From assembly GCF_004010195.1 (NCBI RefSeq), contig NC_057719.1, forward strand, positions 50,324,302 through 50,388,301: a DNA stretch of 64,000 bases. Reading direction: 5' to 3'. A model generated the notes under the pieces. That model was not told the DNA's origin. It saw only the letters and a list, made by a program, of their open reading frames with translations, and did no database searches. The position numbers and the translations under genes were made by a program. Origin of the DNA: Chiloscyllium plagiosum. Taxonomy: Eukaryota. Positions 48,290-61,439 of the stretch are shown piece by piece. Position 1 is the stretch's first letter. Each line of letters starts with the position of its first letter.

Positions 48290-50580
48290 ATTCACTCTGT
48301 CATCACTGGCAGTCACTTGCTAATGAATATGATTGTCCATCGAGAAAATTCCATGGCCCTGGTTCTGTGGGTACTTGCTTGACTGAGCCCAATCTTAATG
48401 CCACATCTCCAACCACAGATTTCCTGTTTCTGGGGAGGTGAAATTGGTCCTTGACTTTGAGATCACTGGCATTGCTTTCTCAGATTCCTTTTCTGTACTT
48501 CCTCTGACCAATAAATGTCATCAAAAAATTGTATCCCTTCATACAGGAAGGTCCTGCAAGTCAGTTCCTTCTGAGCAAGGGTTTCACAGGCATTGCTCTT
48601 AATGTTGATTGTCTTGAGGCAGCCTTCAACGACTCTTTGAAGTGCTCCTTCTTCGTCCTCTCGTTAATGCCTTGAACTGAGCAAAGAAGCTATGCTTTGG
48701 CAGTCAGCCCTCAGGCTGGTTTTGGGTGATCATGGCCTTGATGTTGGTGCTGATGGCTCATTCAAAGTGCTGATATTAATACACGTGTCCTCTTAGCTAA
48801 TGCAGAGAATCTTTCTGAAATATCATTGATGATACTTCTCCAGAGCCTTGAGGTGACATATTCCAAGTTTTGGGACCATTTAGAAAATGTGGAAGGATGA
48901 CTGTCTGATGTCCAAGCTATCAGTACAGATGTCCCAATCCTTGAAAACTTCCATCTTTAGGTGTGTGATGGTGGTGCTTCTGTATTGAATGTGGTGTTGG
49001 ATTTCTACATTGATGTCAGCCTTAGATGAGAGGTGGCTCCCAATTAAGAGAAATGTTGCACAATTGGAACGATTTCTCCATTGATCTTAATGGAGAGATG
49101 GGCCTGAAGTTGTCCTTGGACAGGTTAGTAAAGGATTTGAATCTTCTTGAAGTTAAGGCTGAGACAAATTCCTCATTACGCTTCTGTGAAGGCATTAAGC
49201 AAGGTGTGAAGATTCTCTTCTGCATAATAAAGTTCTAATTATATTAATGCCTTTTGCTTAGAACCATAGAAATGATACATCACTGATTATGCTGACCCAA
49301 AGATACCCAAATGCCCTTTCTAATCATGTCTTCCTGCACATGGTCTAGAACCCTGCAGCTTACAGCACCTAAGATGGAAATCCAGGTACTTCAAAAAGAG
49401 TTTAGGGTCTCTGCCTCCCCCACCAACTCAGGCAGAGAATTCCAAACACCCACCACTCGCTTCGCACAAAAGTTTTTCCTTATGTCACCTCTCGTTCTTC
49501 TGCCACTTTGCTTGAATCTATGACCCCTGTTTTCAAACTCTCATCCAAGGGACAAGGTTCATTCTGTCTACTCTTCGTCTACCCCTCACAATTTTGTATA
49601 TCTCCATCATGTCACTCAGATTTTCTGTTCCAAACAAAACAACGCCAACCTCCTCAATCTCTCCTCATAGCTACAACTCTCCAGCTCTGGCAACATTCTA
49701 CTAAATCTTGACTGCACTCTCTCCGGAGCAGTTAAGTTCTTCCTGTTACGTAGTGACCAGAACTGCACACAGTATTCCAGTGTGGCCTCACCTGTGTCTT
49801 ATATGGTTTCATCTTTATATCCTTTCTTGGATTGCAATTGGTTGAGGTTGAAAAGTTTACTGTGCATCCTGTAGATATTGAGCACACCGCTGGAAAGCTT
49901 GCCCGTGGCAGGATGAAGGATGGTGGCAACGAAGACAGGGAAAAATGGGGTGATAACATATCTCTGCTTGGCTCCTGCCTTGGCCTTAAAATATTCTGAC
50001 ATATTATCAATGGTGAGGGCAGTCATCAATATTTTGTTGTAGAGGACACAGAGGATATTGATGAATTTCTATGGACAACAGCTTTTGAGAGTGTAGCACT
50101 TCCAAATTGACTGAGTCATTGAAGGCCATAAAGAATAGTTGATGTTTAAAAAGTCATATAAACATAGAACAGTACAGCACTGGAACAGGCCTTTCAATAT
50201 TGACCTTGATGCCATTCTAACCTAATCCCATCTGTCTACACGTGGTCTGTATCCATCTGTTCCCTGTCTGTTCATGTTGTTGCTAGCATTTCTCTTTTAA
50301 TTATCAAGTGATGAAAATCATGCCCATTGTTTCACAATTTGGTGGGAAATCTCACAGGCTTTCCAGAAGAATTTCTTAAGAGACTGAGAGAAGCTGCTTA
50401 GCGAGGATTTGGTGATGATCTTCCAAGCGATGGAGAGTAGATAAATTTCTTAGCAGTTCTCACAGTCCACTTCGTCTTTCTTGAAAATGGTGGCAATGGC
50501 AGCATCCTTGAGATCAGCAAGGATTCCTTCGTTGTCCCAGATTTTCAGGAATACTTAGACTTGTAATAAAAAAACCTGAA
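48290..50580 (-). mobile_element. Decayed RTE-clade LINE interrupted by CR1 fragments (~49260-49830, ~50160-50290)
   Basis: Minus strand FLKIWDNEGILADLKDAAIATIFKKDEVDCENC*EIYLLSIAWKII, resembling the RTE motif KDAxIxxIFKKGDxxxCGNYRGISLLSIAGKI. Confidence 0.7.
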
Positions 50581-50740
50581 GAAGAGTTGTGTTGCAGAGC
50601 TAGTTGAGATGATACTGTGATTTTTCTTTGTTCCTAAAACAATTTAGGCATTATTTTTGACTCCCTGCCAGTTTTTTTGTACAATTGAATATTGAATGGC
50701 GACATCAGATATCTGCTATTTGGTTTTCTCTGCATCTTAG

Positions 50741-50945
50741 GTATTTGTATGGGTTTGAGGAATACTGCCGTGCAGCTGACCTTCGCTTCAGGACTATTCA
50801 TCATATAGAAGCTATTGGAAAACCAGTGGAGATAGATGAAAAGAATGGGACATGTGATCCAAAGCAGGCATCTACTACATTAGATGATGAAAAAAGCGAT
50901 GACTCTGAAAATGAGAAAGAGGAAAAAGAAGTACGATCTCCAAGA
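50741..50945 (+). CDS. ARID4A: ARID4A exon, end of ARID domain + linker
   Basis: tcttAG| acceptor, |GTaagt donor; YLYGFEEYCRAADLRFRTIHH...EKEVRSPR. Confidence 0.96.
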
Positions 50946-51199
50946 GTAAGTAATTCTCTATCTTGAAACTAATTGCAGTGGTGCTGTGAGAACATTGTGA
51001 AAGTAAAACATTGAATTTTCTTTGCAATTTTCAATGCAGTAGCAGCATAAACTGCTTCAGAGTCATCACCAGCCTAATTTACAGTTTCAAGTAAAGATCA
51101 CAATGATGTTGCTGCACACCTTTAACATTTTACCTGAATATATCATAGTATTGTTGTGAATTGTATGAAATTGTTTATTTTAATCTAGATTTAAGTGAA

Positions 51200-51495
51200 G
51201 GCTGGGGGATAGTGACCGTATCACTGGATTCATCATTGAGAGTTAAAAACTAGGACATAAGTTTAAATCCCACTGGCAGCTGGCAGAATCTAAATTCACA
51301 CAAATCTAGAATGTTAACATTAATCTTTGTAAAATTTATCAAACTATTGTCATTAAAACCCATTTGATCTGGTCTGCAGTTGATTCTAGATCCACAGCGA
51401 TGGTTGCCTCTTTATTGACCTCTGAAATGACCTGGTAAATTGCTCAATTCATGGGCAGTTAGGGAGTAAATATGGTTTTGCCAGCAATACCTCTT
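51200..51495 (+). mobile_element. Old tRNA-derived SINE remnant
   Basis: Degenerate A/B boxes (gggatagtgaccg...gtttaaatccca) and a 3' part resembling the tail of the second LINE family. Confidence 0.4.
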
Positions 51496-51821
51496 GAGAA
51501 ACTACTGGATAAAAAAAAGTCTCTAGCTGTTTTTCTGATCATGGATTGAATCTGATCAGTCTCCAAAGGAAAAAAAGTGCATAGATTATGTCAAATATTT
51601 TAAATAGTTCAAAACACATTGTGAGAACTGTTGTAGAATTTGTTTATTTGCATAGTACCTGATACAATAAAAAACCATAATGTGCATTCCATTGACAATA
51701 TTCTGTACACAAAGATAAATTCCAAATGGCATCAGGGAAGGAGATCAAGATTTATTAATCCTTTTAAAATTGGCAAACAAATTGATGAATTGTTCTTGTT
51801 TCTGAGAATTGGATACTTCCA

Positions 51822-51837
51822 CACCACCTAGTGGCTG
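51822..51837 (-). promoter_or_regulatory. CTCF-like motif
   Basis: Minus strand cagCCACTAGGTGGTG; motif match only. Confidence 0.3.
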
Positions 51838-52737
51838 AATGAAGAGCTGTAATCTGGAGACCTGATAGGCAATCTTTGAAAGAGTTGTGTATGAATGGCA
51901 CAGTGTATTTTCCAATTTTCTATCCTCATTTCATAACAACTGAAGAAATTAGTGAAAAAAAATATTGTTTTGATGGTTCATCTTTTGATCACTATTCAGT
52001 ATTTCTGTTAATAATATCTGTCAGAATAAATGCTTGTGGGTTTTACCCATTGGGTTACTGGAGGAACTCTACCACAATGTAGTTGTAGAAAGGGATTGAA
52101 TTCACAAAATCTACAGAATTGCAACAAGAAAAATAATGAAATGACAATCCATTTGATTTCCTGCATCTGTCAGAAACTCCGAACTTCATACTATTGTGCA
52201 GTTGATCTTTGAATCACTTCTTGGGAATGATAAATCCCTAATATGATGAATCTGTTTTTGTAATAAGCAATGTTGTCTGTCTAACACCACCACAAACTGT
52301 AATGTGTTTCTAGTATTATATATTTTTAGAAGTGAGGAGCTTAATATTAACATACTATGACAGCATTTGTGTGAAATGCTGTTATTTTCTGCCATATTTA
52401 TTCCCAAACAATATTGACTATTTTGCAGCACAGTTTCTTGATAACATATTTTGTAGAGATTTAAAATTATTTTCAAGTTCTTGACATCTGCTAGTTCAAT
52501 GTTAATGTTTCTGTATTGTTAAACACATGTACTGATGGTTTGTAACAGGTAAATAGGATGCATATTTCAATAATTCCTAAGCATGTGCCTCAGAGTTATT
52601 ATGTTTGAAGAGCTTTACTGCCCAGACTGTGTTAAAGTGTTCCCGTCTGGAAGAATAAACTGGATACATTTTCCTAAATACACTGCTATGTTAATTTTAA
52701 TTATGAGTTTCAGTTTAGCTAAACTATCTTACTTCAG

Positions 52738-53006
52738 GGTCGGAGGAGAAATACAACACCTGTCAGAAAAGAAGTCAAAGAAACAAAAAAAGAAAAGATG
52801 AATGAAGAAGCTAATAATGAAAACAAAGAGGTTAAAGAGGATTCCAAGAAACAGGGAAAGGAAGCAGATACAGGACAGTTGAAAAATGTGTCCGCACCCA
52901 AAAACAGAGCAGAAAAGATCAAGAAAGAAGAGTCTGAAAAAGATTCTGAGGAAGAGGATGAAGGTGATGAAGACGCAGAAGAGGACCACGAGGATATACA
53001 AAAGAA
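52738..53006 (+). CDS. ARID4A: ARID4A exon, charged linker
   Basis: acttcAG| acceptor, |GTatgt donor; GRRRNTTPVRKEVKE...KIKKEESEKDSEEEDEGDEDAEEDHEDIQK(K); continues the SPR/GRRR junction. Confidence 0.93.
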
Positions 53007-53708
53007 GTATGTACTTTGTTTTTCTTATGTTTTTTTTAAACAAGAGCCTGATTGATACACCATTCTTAATTTTGCATATAATTTGTAAATAAAAACCATG
53101 AGATATACAAACAATTTAACAAGCTGCATGGTTTATGAAAAGTGTTTGGGACACAATAGTACTACAGAGAATTTATGCATGACAGAACATAAAATAGATA
53201 TCCTGTTTGAATCTCTCTGGATCTGAATGGATGTTCTTGTTGAAAATAACTGGAAATATAGAAAGTGGTATCGACTGATGACAAAATTTAAATGATTTGA
53301 CTACTTTTCACATCTTCAGAATGTTCCAAGACAATTAGGCCATGAATTTCTTTAATGCTAGCAGATGTTGCAGCCAGTTTATATGTGAGGTCCCACAAAT
53401 GATGGTTCTCACTTACGTGTGCATCTAATTTGGCAGTGTTTATTTGTTGCATTTTCTAAGAAACAAATATACTGTGAATGATACAGGAGAATGAGAACTG
53501 TTGCATTGCACACATCCTTGATGAAGCTGAGACACTTTCTGATCCAAATGGCTCAGTATGCAAGTTAGAATGGTACATTTATTAACGCTGCTATAGAGAA
53601 GCTCCACATTAAACTTGATTTCTAGGATTTTTGAAAAGCTGAGCTATGTCTCTTAATTTGTATTATTTAGTTTTTTTTTCTTTTTTGCTGGATGTTACCA
53701 TTAAAAAG

Positions 53709-53927
53709 GGAAGAGAATGAAAATAAAGAGGAGGAAGAAGAAGATGAGGAGGAGGAGGAGGAGGAAGGTGGTGATGATGAATTTGAAAGATTTCCTTCTG
53801 GAACCAAGGTTAAAGTAAAATACGGACGTGGAAAGAATCAGAAAATCTATGAAGCCAATATTAGAGACTCTGAAGTTGATGATGGAGAGGTTGTCTATTT
53901 AGTACATTACTACGGTTGGAATACAAG
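53709..53927 (+). CDS. ARID4A: ARID4A exon, chromo-barrel (Tudor-knot) domain part 1
   Basis: aaaaAG| acceptor (weak), |GTaaa donor; [10 protein letters not shown]...[48 protein letters not shown](R). Confidence 0.93.
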
Positions 53928-55129
53928 GTAAAAAGTTGACTTGGCAAACTGTTGCAATTATTGCATTGACTTTGTTTGGCTACTGTTTTGGATTTTAAAA
54001 ATTACTTCAAATAACAAACTTGTTTGTACAAAATGATGGCCATGAGAATTGCAGATCCAAAAATGCATTATTGTTTGTCTTTTTTTAGATAAGGTACCAC
54101 ATGCTTCATTTTACCTTGAGTCTAATTTTTTTTAAAGGAAATGGCCTGAAATGGCAGGTCTTTCTGTTGTCACATTATTATACAATTTCCTCAAAAGCTC
54201 ATTACTTACTGGAATGTTTTTAAAAAATGAGTCGGCAGTCAGATCTAATGGAAGTTCTGTGTAGTCTTTGATTAAGGTTCTCCTTAATCATGAAGATTAA
54301 ATTGTAAAGACGTCAAATCAACATTATATACATCAGACACAACATCTTAGAAAAAAGAATGCAATTGTGCAAGCTTTTCAATTTTTAGTGCATTGAAACT
54401 GTAAAGCAGAAAGTTCATTTATTTCTCACTGAGGAGAACTGCAAAAATATATTGCTGTAAAAAAAATTCAGGTCATTTTGCACCAACAGTTTGTGGTTGA
54501 CTTTTTTCAGCTTGTTCATAATTTACATAAATAAGTTGGACATATATCGTTCACAAATTTCTCCATTCTATTTTACATTGGAAATCTGCATTTTAGCTGT
54601 TATTTTGATGCACCCTTGCAATAAAATTGAGGCCATTATGGCTATTTATTTTACCATCCTTTTTTTCACAGTTGTGTCCTGTCCTTTATTAGTGCAGTTT
54701 CACAATCATTTAATCTTGGGGGTTTTTTTGGAGTTCAGAGGGACACCATTCCTTCTCCTCTTGGCCTGTCTGATGTTATATCTTGAGTCTGGATTTGGAT
54801 GAGTAGTAGGCAAGTAAAATAAAAAATCTTCTGTGGGATTTCACATTGCTAATGAGACCAATATTTGTTGTCCATCCAGTCTTAATTAAGGAGAATGTTG
54901 CAGTCAAAAAAGTCAAAGACATAATCTAGCCTTGACATCAGGGTCAAAACATGTCCAAAATGTACATAACTCTGTGTGTAGTTGAGAGGTTACCAATTGG
55001 AAAAGATGTTAAAGGAACAAATTTGCAGGGAAATTGTAAAAAAGTGCAAGACTTGGAGTACTAATAATGGTTTTTTTTTAATTTTGTAAGCATGAACTGG
55101 GATCATGCTCCTGTAATGTGTGTGTAAGA

Positions 55130-57240
55130 GAATTTTTCACAGCGGTATGTTTCAAGAAAGAGGCATTACTGGACCTGATTCTTAGAAATGAGATGAGTCA
55201 AGTTGCTCAATGAAAGATTTGGAGGATAATGATCATTTTAGGGGTTAGGTTAACTATGGAAAAAGACGTACTAGTTCAGAGTAAGAATAACTAATTGGGG
55301 GAAAAATAGATCTGACCCAGATAAATTAAAAACTGGTTTGTAAACTAACTTGTATCTGAACAGTTGACTACCTTTTTAAAGAAGAGTTAGTTTGAGTACG
55401 ATGAAGTTTTTAAAAAAAATGAAATGGCAGGATAAGGAAATCTAGAGCTCCTGAATGATAGAAGGGATAGAGATTTAGGTGACACAGAAAAAGTATATTT
55501 ATGACAGGCGTCAGATAAATTAAAAACTGGGCTAAGTATCAAAGGTTCAGGAGAACTCTTGCGGCACAGTAGAAATGTCCCTTTTGAGCTAGAAGGCCCA
55601 GGTTCAAATTCCACTTACTCCAGAAGAATGTCATAACACACCTGAACAGGTTAATTAGACATACCGATAAGGTTTAGAGGGGAGTTGAGAAAGCAAATCA
55701 GAGAAGTGAAAGGGAAATATGTGAAGAAACTAGTATGTAATATGTGAAGAATCAATACATTTTCTAGAGCTTCATCTAAAATGTAAAAAGATGGTGAAAG
55801 GAGAAGTGGGTCCACTGCAGGACAATAAATGGAAGCTGGGGACATGGCTGAGGTATTCAGTTAATTCCATCTGTCTTTGTCAGTGGAAGCATTGGCCAAC
55901 ATTTTCCAATCTTTCTTAGACTGAATTGATATAAGGGGACCGGAAGATTGCAAATATTACACCCTTATTGAACAAGAGTGCAAAAAAATCACAGTCAATT
56001 AATCTCTGATGGGTGAAATGACTACAAACAATCATTTGATACAACATTGATAGTCATTTGGAAAACTGTGTTGATTAAGGAGAACTAGAATGGATTTGTT
56101 TAAAGAAAATTATATTTAACTAACTTTGCTGGAGTTTTTTGACATAACAAAGAGGGTTGCTAAGGATAATGGCGTTGATATGGTCTTTGTGGACTTCCAA
56201 AAGGCATTTGCTGAAGTGTCACACAATAGAATACTCTGAAAGATTATAGCCAAAGCTGACGTTAGTTTTAGAAAAGACAGTGGATACCTGGATACAAAAT
56301 GGGATGAATGAGAGCAAACCAAGGACTGCTGAACAGGTGTTTTTCGGATTAGAGGAAGGTGTATTGTGAAGCTTGGATTCATGCTTTCCCTGATATATCA
56401 ATGACTTCGAGATTGGTGTACAAGGAATTACTTCAAAATTTGCCATTGACAAGTTATCTTGGAAGTAGTGTATTTTGAGAATAGTGTCGAACTTCAAAAT
56501 GAAATAGGCAGACAAATGGGAGATGAAATTTCATGCAGCAAATTGTGAAACAATTTGTTTTGGTAGCAGGAGCGGAGAGACAATATAAAACAAAAGTACG
56601 ATTTTGCAGGGTGTGCAAGGGAGGCAATTGTGTGCATAAATCTTTGAAGGTGGCAAGACAGCTTAAAATAGAAGTGAATAAATCATAGTGAATCTTGGAT
56701 TTTATAAATTTATAACTAAAAAATCAAGTACAAAAGCAAGAAAATTACATTATAATAAACTGGTTTGGCATCAGCTCAAGTATTGCACCTATTACCCTTG
56801 GGCAGCAAATGAATGCATTAGAGGAGGATCAGACAAGTTTCACGAGTGCTTTCAGGAGTGAGGAATTTCAGTTGTACAGACAGATTGGAAAAGAGAAAGT
56901 TGAAAGGAGATTTAATTGAGGTTTTCACAATCATGAATCCAGACAGAAAGGATGAAAAGAAATTGTTTCCTTTAAGGGAGTATTGAGTACCAGAGGATAC
57001 ACACGTAAAGTAGTTGACAAAAGATGCAACAGTATCTGGAGCAAATGGTTATGTCATGAATTGCACTGTCTATGGTGAAAGCAGGTTCAGTCAAAAGTTT
57101 CAAAAAGGAATTGGATCGTAGTTTGGAATAGAGAATGTGCAGAGCTGTAGGAAGAAGGTGGGTTGTGATGCATTTGATGATTTGCTCATGCCAAATGCTG
57201 TCAGACAGACTGAATGATCTCTTCCTGTGCTGTATGCATT
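55130..57240 (+). mobile_element. Decayed CR1-clade LINE
   Basis: LDLIL-like endonuclease end (~55170), VDFQKAF (~56190), 3' tail cttcctgtgctgta (~57220). Confidence 0.75.
55555..55655 (+). mobile_element. Short tRNA-derived SINE
   Basis: ctcttgcggcacagtag...ggttcaaattcca (B box)...ctccagaagaatgtcataacac. Confidence 0.7.
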
Positions 57241-57727
57241 TGGGAGTTGGTGTTCTCCTTTTCCAACAATGCAGCTCTCTGCATTGGTCTTTCAAATTAG
57301 TTCATTTCTCACGAATTTATTAGCATCCTTTTTTTTTTTCATTCCATCTGACTGGATAAGAATGAACTACAATGTGAGCAAATGGTAGACCTTGTTAGAT
57401 GTGGAAAGAGGGGAACTATACAGCAAAGCTTATTTGTGGGCTGGATCTGGAGTCTGTTAGTTCTCTTTTTCTTGGCTTCTGATGCTAAACTCTGACTTTA
57501 ATAAGTTTCTTGTTTTGCTTATAGTTTGACTTGAAATTTTTTTTGGTATTTTGGGGAGTTTGTTTGGAGATATGCCACATTGTTTTCTTTCCCCATTAAA
57601 ATTCTTTAAATGGAACCCTTTTTCACATTTTAAGTAGTTTGTCAAGATTCTTATTTGTCCTTTTCTAAATGCTGTATTTGTTTAAATTTTAAGGTTTTGA
57701 AAGCATACGATGTTCCATTTCTTTCAG

Positions 57728-57812
57728 GTATGATGAATGGGTAAAAGGTGATAGAATTCTCTGGCCTTCAGAAAGAGGTGTACCAAAGGGAAAACATCGA
57801 AGAAAATTCAAG
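57728..57812 (+). CDS. ARID4A: ARID4A exon, chromo-barrel domain part 2
   Basis: ctttcAG| acceptor, |GTact donor; (R)[28 protein letters not shown]. Confidence 0.95.
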
Positions 57813-58005
57813 GTACTAAATATGTTGGGTTTTTAATACCTGAATTCTTGACATGTTTTTTGCATCATAAAATAGGCAAGTGAATCATGGTGGCAAGGGA
57901 GATAACCTATGTTTGCCAAATGTTCAATGGTTATTGGATACAAAATGTATTCCACCTTGTGGATTTTCCAATAAAACACTCATGGGGATATTGTTTTCTT
58001 TACAA

Positions 58006-58215
58006 GTTTGGAATATCAACAAATGTTGGGAAGACTCAGCAGGTCTAACAGAATCGGTGGGGAAAGAAAGCAGAGTTCACATTTCGAGTCCATGTGACTA
58101 ATTTTTGGAAGAGGAATCATATCAGATTTGAAACATTAACTCTGTTTGTTTTTGCTATAGATACTGCCAGACCTGCTGAATTTCTCAAGCACTTTGTTTT
58201 TATTTCAGATCTCCA
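58006..58215. mobile_element. Older PLE fold-back mini-element
   Basis: ctcagcaggtct...cagagttcacatttcga versus ttgaaacattaactctg...agacctgctga; centre overlaps a decayed hammerhead. Confidence 0.65.
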
Positions 58216-58645
58216 TGATTTTATTTACCCACTGTTAATTCATATTATCTTTTCTAGACTATTTGTCAAGTTCTGCCAAATAGACTTTCAATCTGACCTA
58301 GTCAAAGGATTTCAAGTAATTATTTAAAATAGTTCCATTGTAGTAGGTATATTTATGATGCATATGACATATAGGTTATACATTTCTAATCTAGGTTATT
58401 TCTAAATTATGACTCAATAAAATTGCTGGTCAAAAGTAGGAGCATTAAATTGAGAATTGATTACACTTTTTTATGTTCAACTTCATAAAGGCTAACTGAA
58501 AATTTGATATCAATAGAATGAAAGTTAAGTGAGTTCTATGAAGACCTTGGAGTACATCTCACTAGTGTGCCACTCAGGCAAAGATTAAATTCTGTATCCT
58601 TGGGTCTCTCAGAAATAGGTTTTACAGAGCCTTATTCCAAGGCGT

Positions 58646-58734
58646 AGAGTGGTGTTGGAAAAGCACAGCAGTTCAGGCAGCATCCGAGGAGCAGGAAAAT
58701 CGACGTTTCGGGCAAAAGCCCTTCATCAGGAATA
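58646..58734 (-). mobile_element. Neptune-type PLE mini-insertion (family 3)
   Basis: Homologous to 31756-31852 and 33050-33136. Confidence 0.85.
58698..58733 (-). ncRNA. Minimal hammerhead ribozyme motif, intact core
   Basis: Minus strand attc-CTGATGA-a-GGGC tttt GCCC-GAAAC-GTC-gatt. Confidence 0.82.
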
Positions 58735-60439
58735 TCATTTGTGGGTAATGGGTGAGATGGGGAGACTGCACAGGACATATGGGGAGTTGCAAGTGTTTTA
58801 GGTGAGGACTGGAGCTTAGCAGGGGAAAGGGGATTCAGGAGAAACTGCAAGGATGTCAGGATGAGGGGACAGAAGAGGGGTGGTGTTTAGGGGGTAGCTG
58901 GAAGTGAGTCAGAATGGAGTTGGAGCAGCAGGAAGGCTGCAACCAGTCCATTGGGGAGCAAGGGAGGCTGTAAAGGATCTGGAGGCAGGAAAAGGCAGAG
59001 GGTGGGGTACGAAGAGGGAAACTTTAAAAAGAAACCAAGATTAGTTTCAACGAAGAAAGACTAGGAGCTAGGAAACCTTGAAATCACAGGTGATTAATTA
59101 TTTCCAAGTGAATATTGTATCTCTAGTTTAAGGCTGCTTACATTCAAGAGCTATCTGGGATAAAATGAAGTGGTTTATTATTATGAACAGTATTTCAGCT
59201 GTTCAGTTAAAATATGATTTTGAAATGCATTGGAAAGGTTCACAACTGCCTGGTTAAAATATTCCAGCTTCATGCATGTGTGATGGAAACACATTGACTG
59301 TGACCTCCCTAGTCAGCAGAACATGTGGTTAAGATTGAATTTTTTGTGTGCAGAAATAATAGCAATTATTTTTGTTGCTAACCTATTCCTGTTAACTTGT
59401 GCCACATTAAATATTGTGTTGTGAAGGAGATTAGTAGTTTCGTTGTGCGTTGTGATTTTAGAAGGGCATGTTCCTGTGTTGTACTGTTCCATGTTAAGTT
59501 AAATATGATTGGTAATTACTGAGGATAATAATGAATTTTTCTAACCCTACTTCTTTGAGAGTCCTGATACCCTATATGTTAACATAGATACAGAAGGGAA
59601 TGTTACTATGTGACTGCATCACTTAATAAAGGTCACCCCTGAAATCAGGCCCTCGAGAGGAACCATTTTAAAAAAAAATGGTGACCTGATTCTGATCTCT
59701 TGGCATCTGTTGAAGAATATAAGAAATAGGAGCAGGAGTAGGACATTCATCACCTCAAGTGCACCCTGCCATTCTATAAAGTTATAGGTGATCTGCCCCA
59801 GATCTATGCACTTCATTTCTATGACTTGGTGAACCTGCTTCCACCACATATGCAGGCAAAGCTAATAAGTCACAATATGAGAAAGCTCTTAGTCCCATCA
59901 CATTAGCTTCTTTTGCATGTCACTTTAAATTGATGGTCTTTTATTCTGTTTTATGAGCAGGAACAGCTTCTCCCTATCTACTCTTTCCAGTCTGCTCATG
60001 AGTTTGAAAACCTCCGTTAAATCATACTCTCAACCTTCTTTCCAAGGAGAACGGGTGTGACTTCTTCAATTTATCGTCTTAAACTGAAGTTTTGTATTCA
60101 AGGCACCAACTTATAAATTGCTCCTGTAATCTTTCCAATGTATTTGCATCTTTCCTTCCTATAATGTGTGCCATACTTGTAGACTCTACAAGAAGGATGA
60201 AGAATATGACAGAAATATGCACCAAAGAGACCATTTGATTTATTTGTGGTTGCTTTTTTTAAACAATTAATCCTCCGTTCATACCACATTTTTTCACTCC
60301 ACTGCGACTGTCCTAGTCACACAAAGGGTTGTGTTCAAGCTTAATTAAAACTGTCAGCCTAGCTTACGTTATTAATCGAACACTGAAGAATTACTAATTG
60401 CTAGATGTTAGCTTTTAGGTAAGATGTTAAAGTGAGATT

Positions 60440-61325
60440 GTGAGGCATTGTTGCTACGTTTGCAGTTGACCCAAAGAAAGTTGCAGGAATAAGTCGTGGG
60501 GAGGCGTGGAAAGACTCTGGCTATGAGAATAGGCAAGGAAGTGGAATATAATGTGGGAAAGTATAAGGTTATGTACTTTGGTAGGAAGAATAAAAACTTA
60601 GACTATTTTATATATCGGGAAAGGCTTCAGCAAGCTCAAGCACAAGGGGATTTAGGAGTCCGAGTAGAGGATTCTCTTAAAGTTAATATGCAGGTTCAGT
60701 TTGCAGTTAGGAAGGCAAATGCAGTGTTGATATTCATTTTGAGAGTGCTAGGATACAAGAGCAAGGATGTATTGTTGAGGCCGTGTAAAGCTCTGGTCAG
60801 ACCATATTTGAAATATAGTCAGCAGTTTTGGATTCCATATTTAAGGAAGGTTGGGCTGGCCTTCGTGGGATCCAGAAGAGGATTACAAGAATGAAAGAAT
60901 CACAAGGAGAGATTAAGGACTCTGGGTCTGTACTCAATAAAATTTAGTAGGATGAGTGGGGATCTCATTGGAATTTGCAGAATACGGAGAGGCCTGGATA
61001 GAGTAGACGTGGAGAAAATGTTTCCACTAGTCGGAAAGAGTAAGCACACCCTCACAGAGTGAAGGATTGGCCCTTTGGAGCTGAGATGAGGAGGAATTTC
61101 TTCAGCCAGCCGATAGTGGATCTGTGGAATATGTTGCCACAGAAGGTTGTAGACGCCAAGTCATTGAGTGTACTTAAGGCAGAGATGGATTGGTTCTTGA
61201 GTGGTAATGGGATCAAACTTTATGGGGAGAAGGTGGGAGAATTAGCTTGAGAAACGTGTTAACCATGTTCAAATTTTGAAACAGACTCAATGGGCTGAAT
61301 GGCCTAATTCTGCTCTTATTCTCAA
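60440..61325 (+). mobile_element. CR1-clade LINE 3' part
   Basis: EYNVGKYKVMYFGRKN...GDLGV...ALVRPYLKYSQQFW; EMRRNFFSQPIVDLWNMLP. Confidence 0.87.
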
Positions 61326-61439
61326 AGCCCTATTAGAAGAACATTGACAATTTATCTTCAGTGAAGAATGCTCCCATTAATTATCCTAATCCCCTTATTA
61401 GCCAAAGGCAATCATACACTTCAGTAGGAAGAACATTGA

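Noticed and set aside
52729..53043. Hydrophobic minus-strand ORF resembling a membrane protein
   Set aside because: Antisense shadow of a Lys/Glu-rich ARID4A exon
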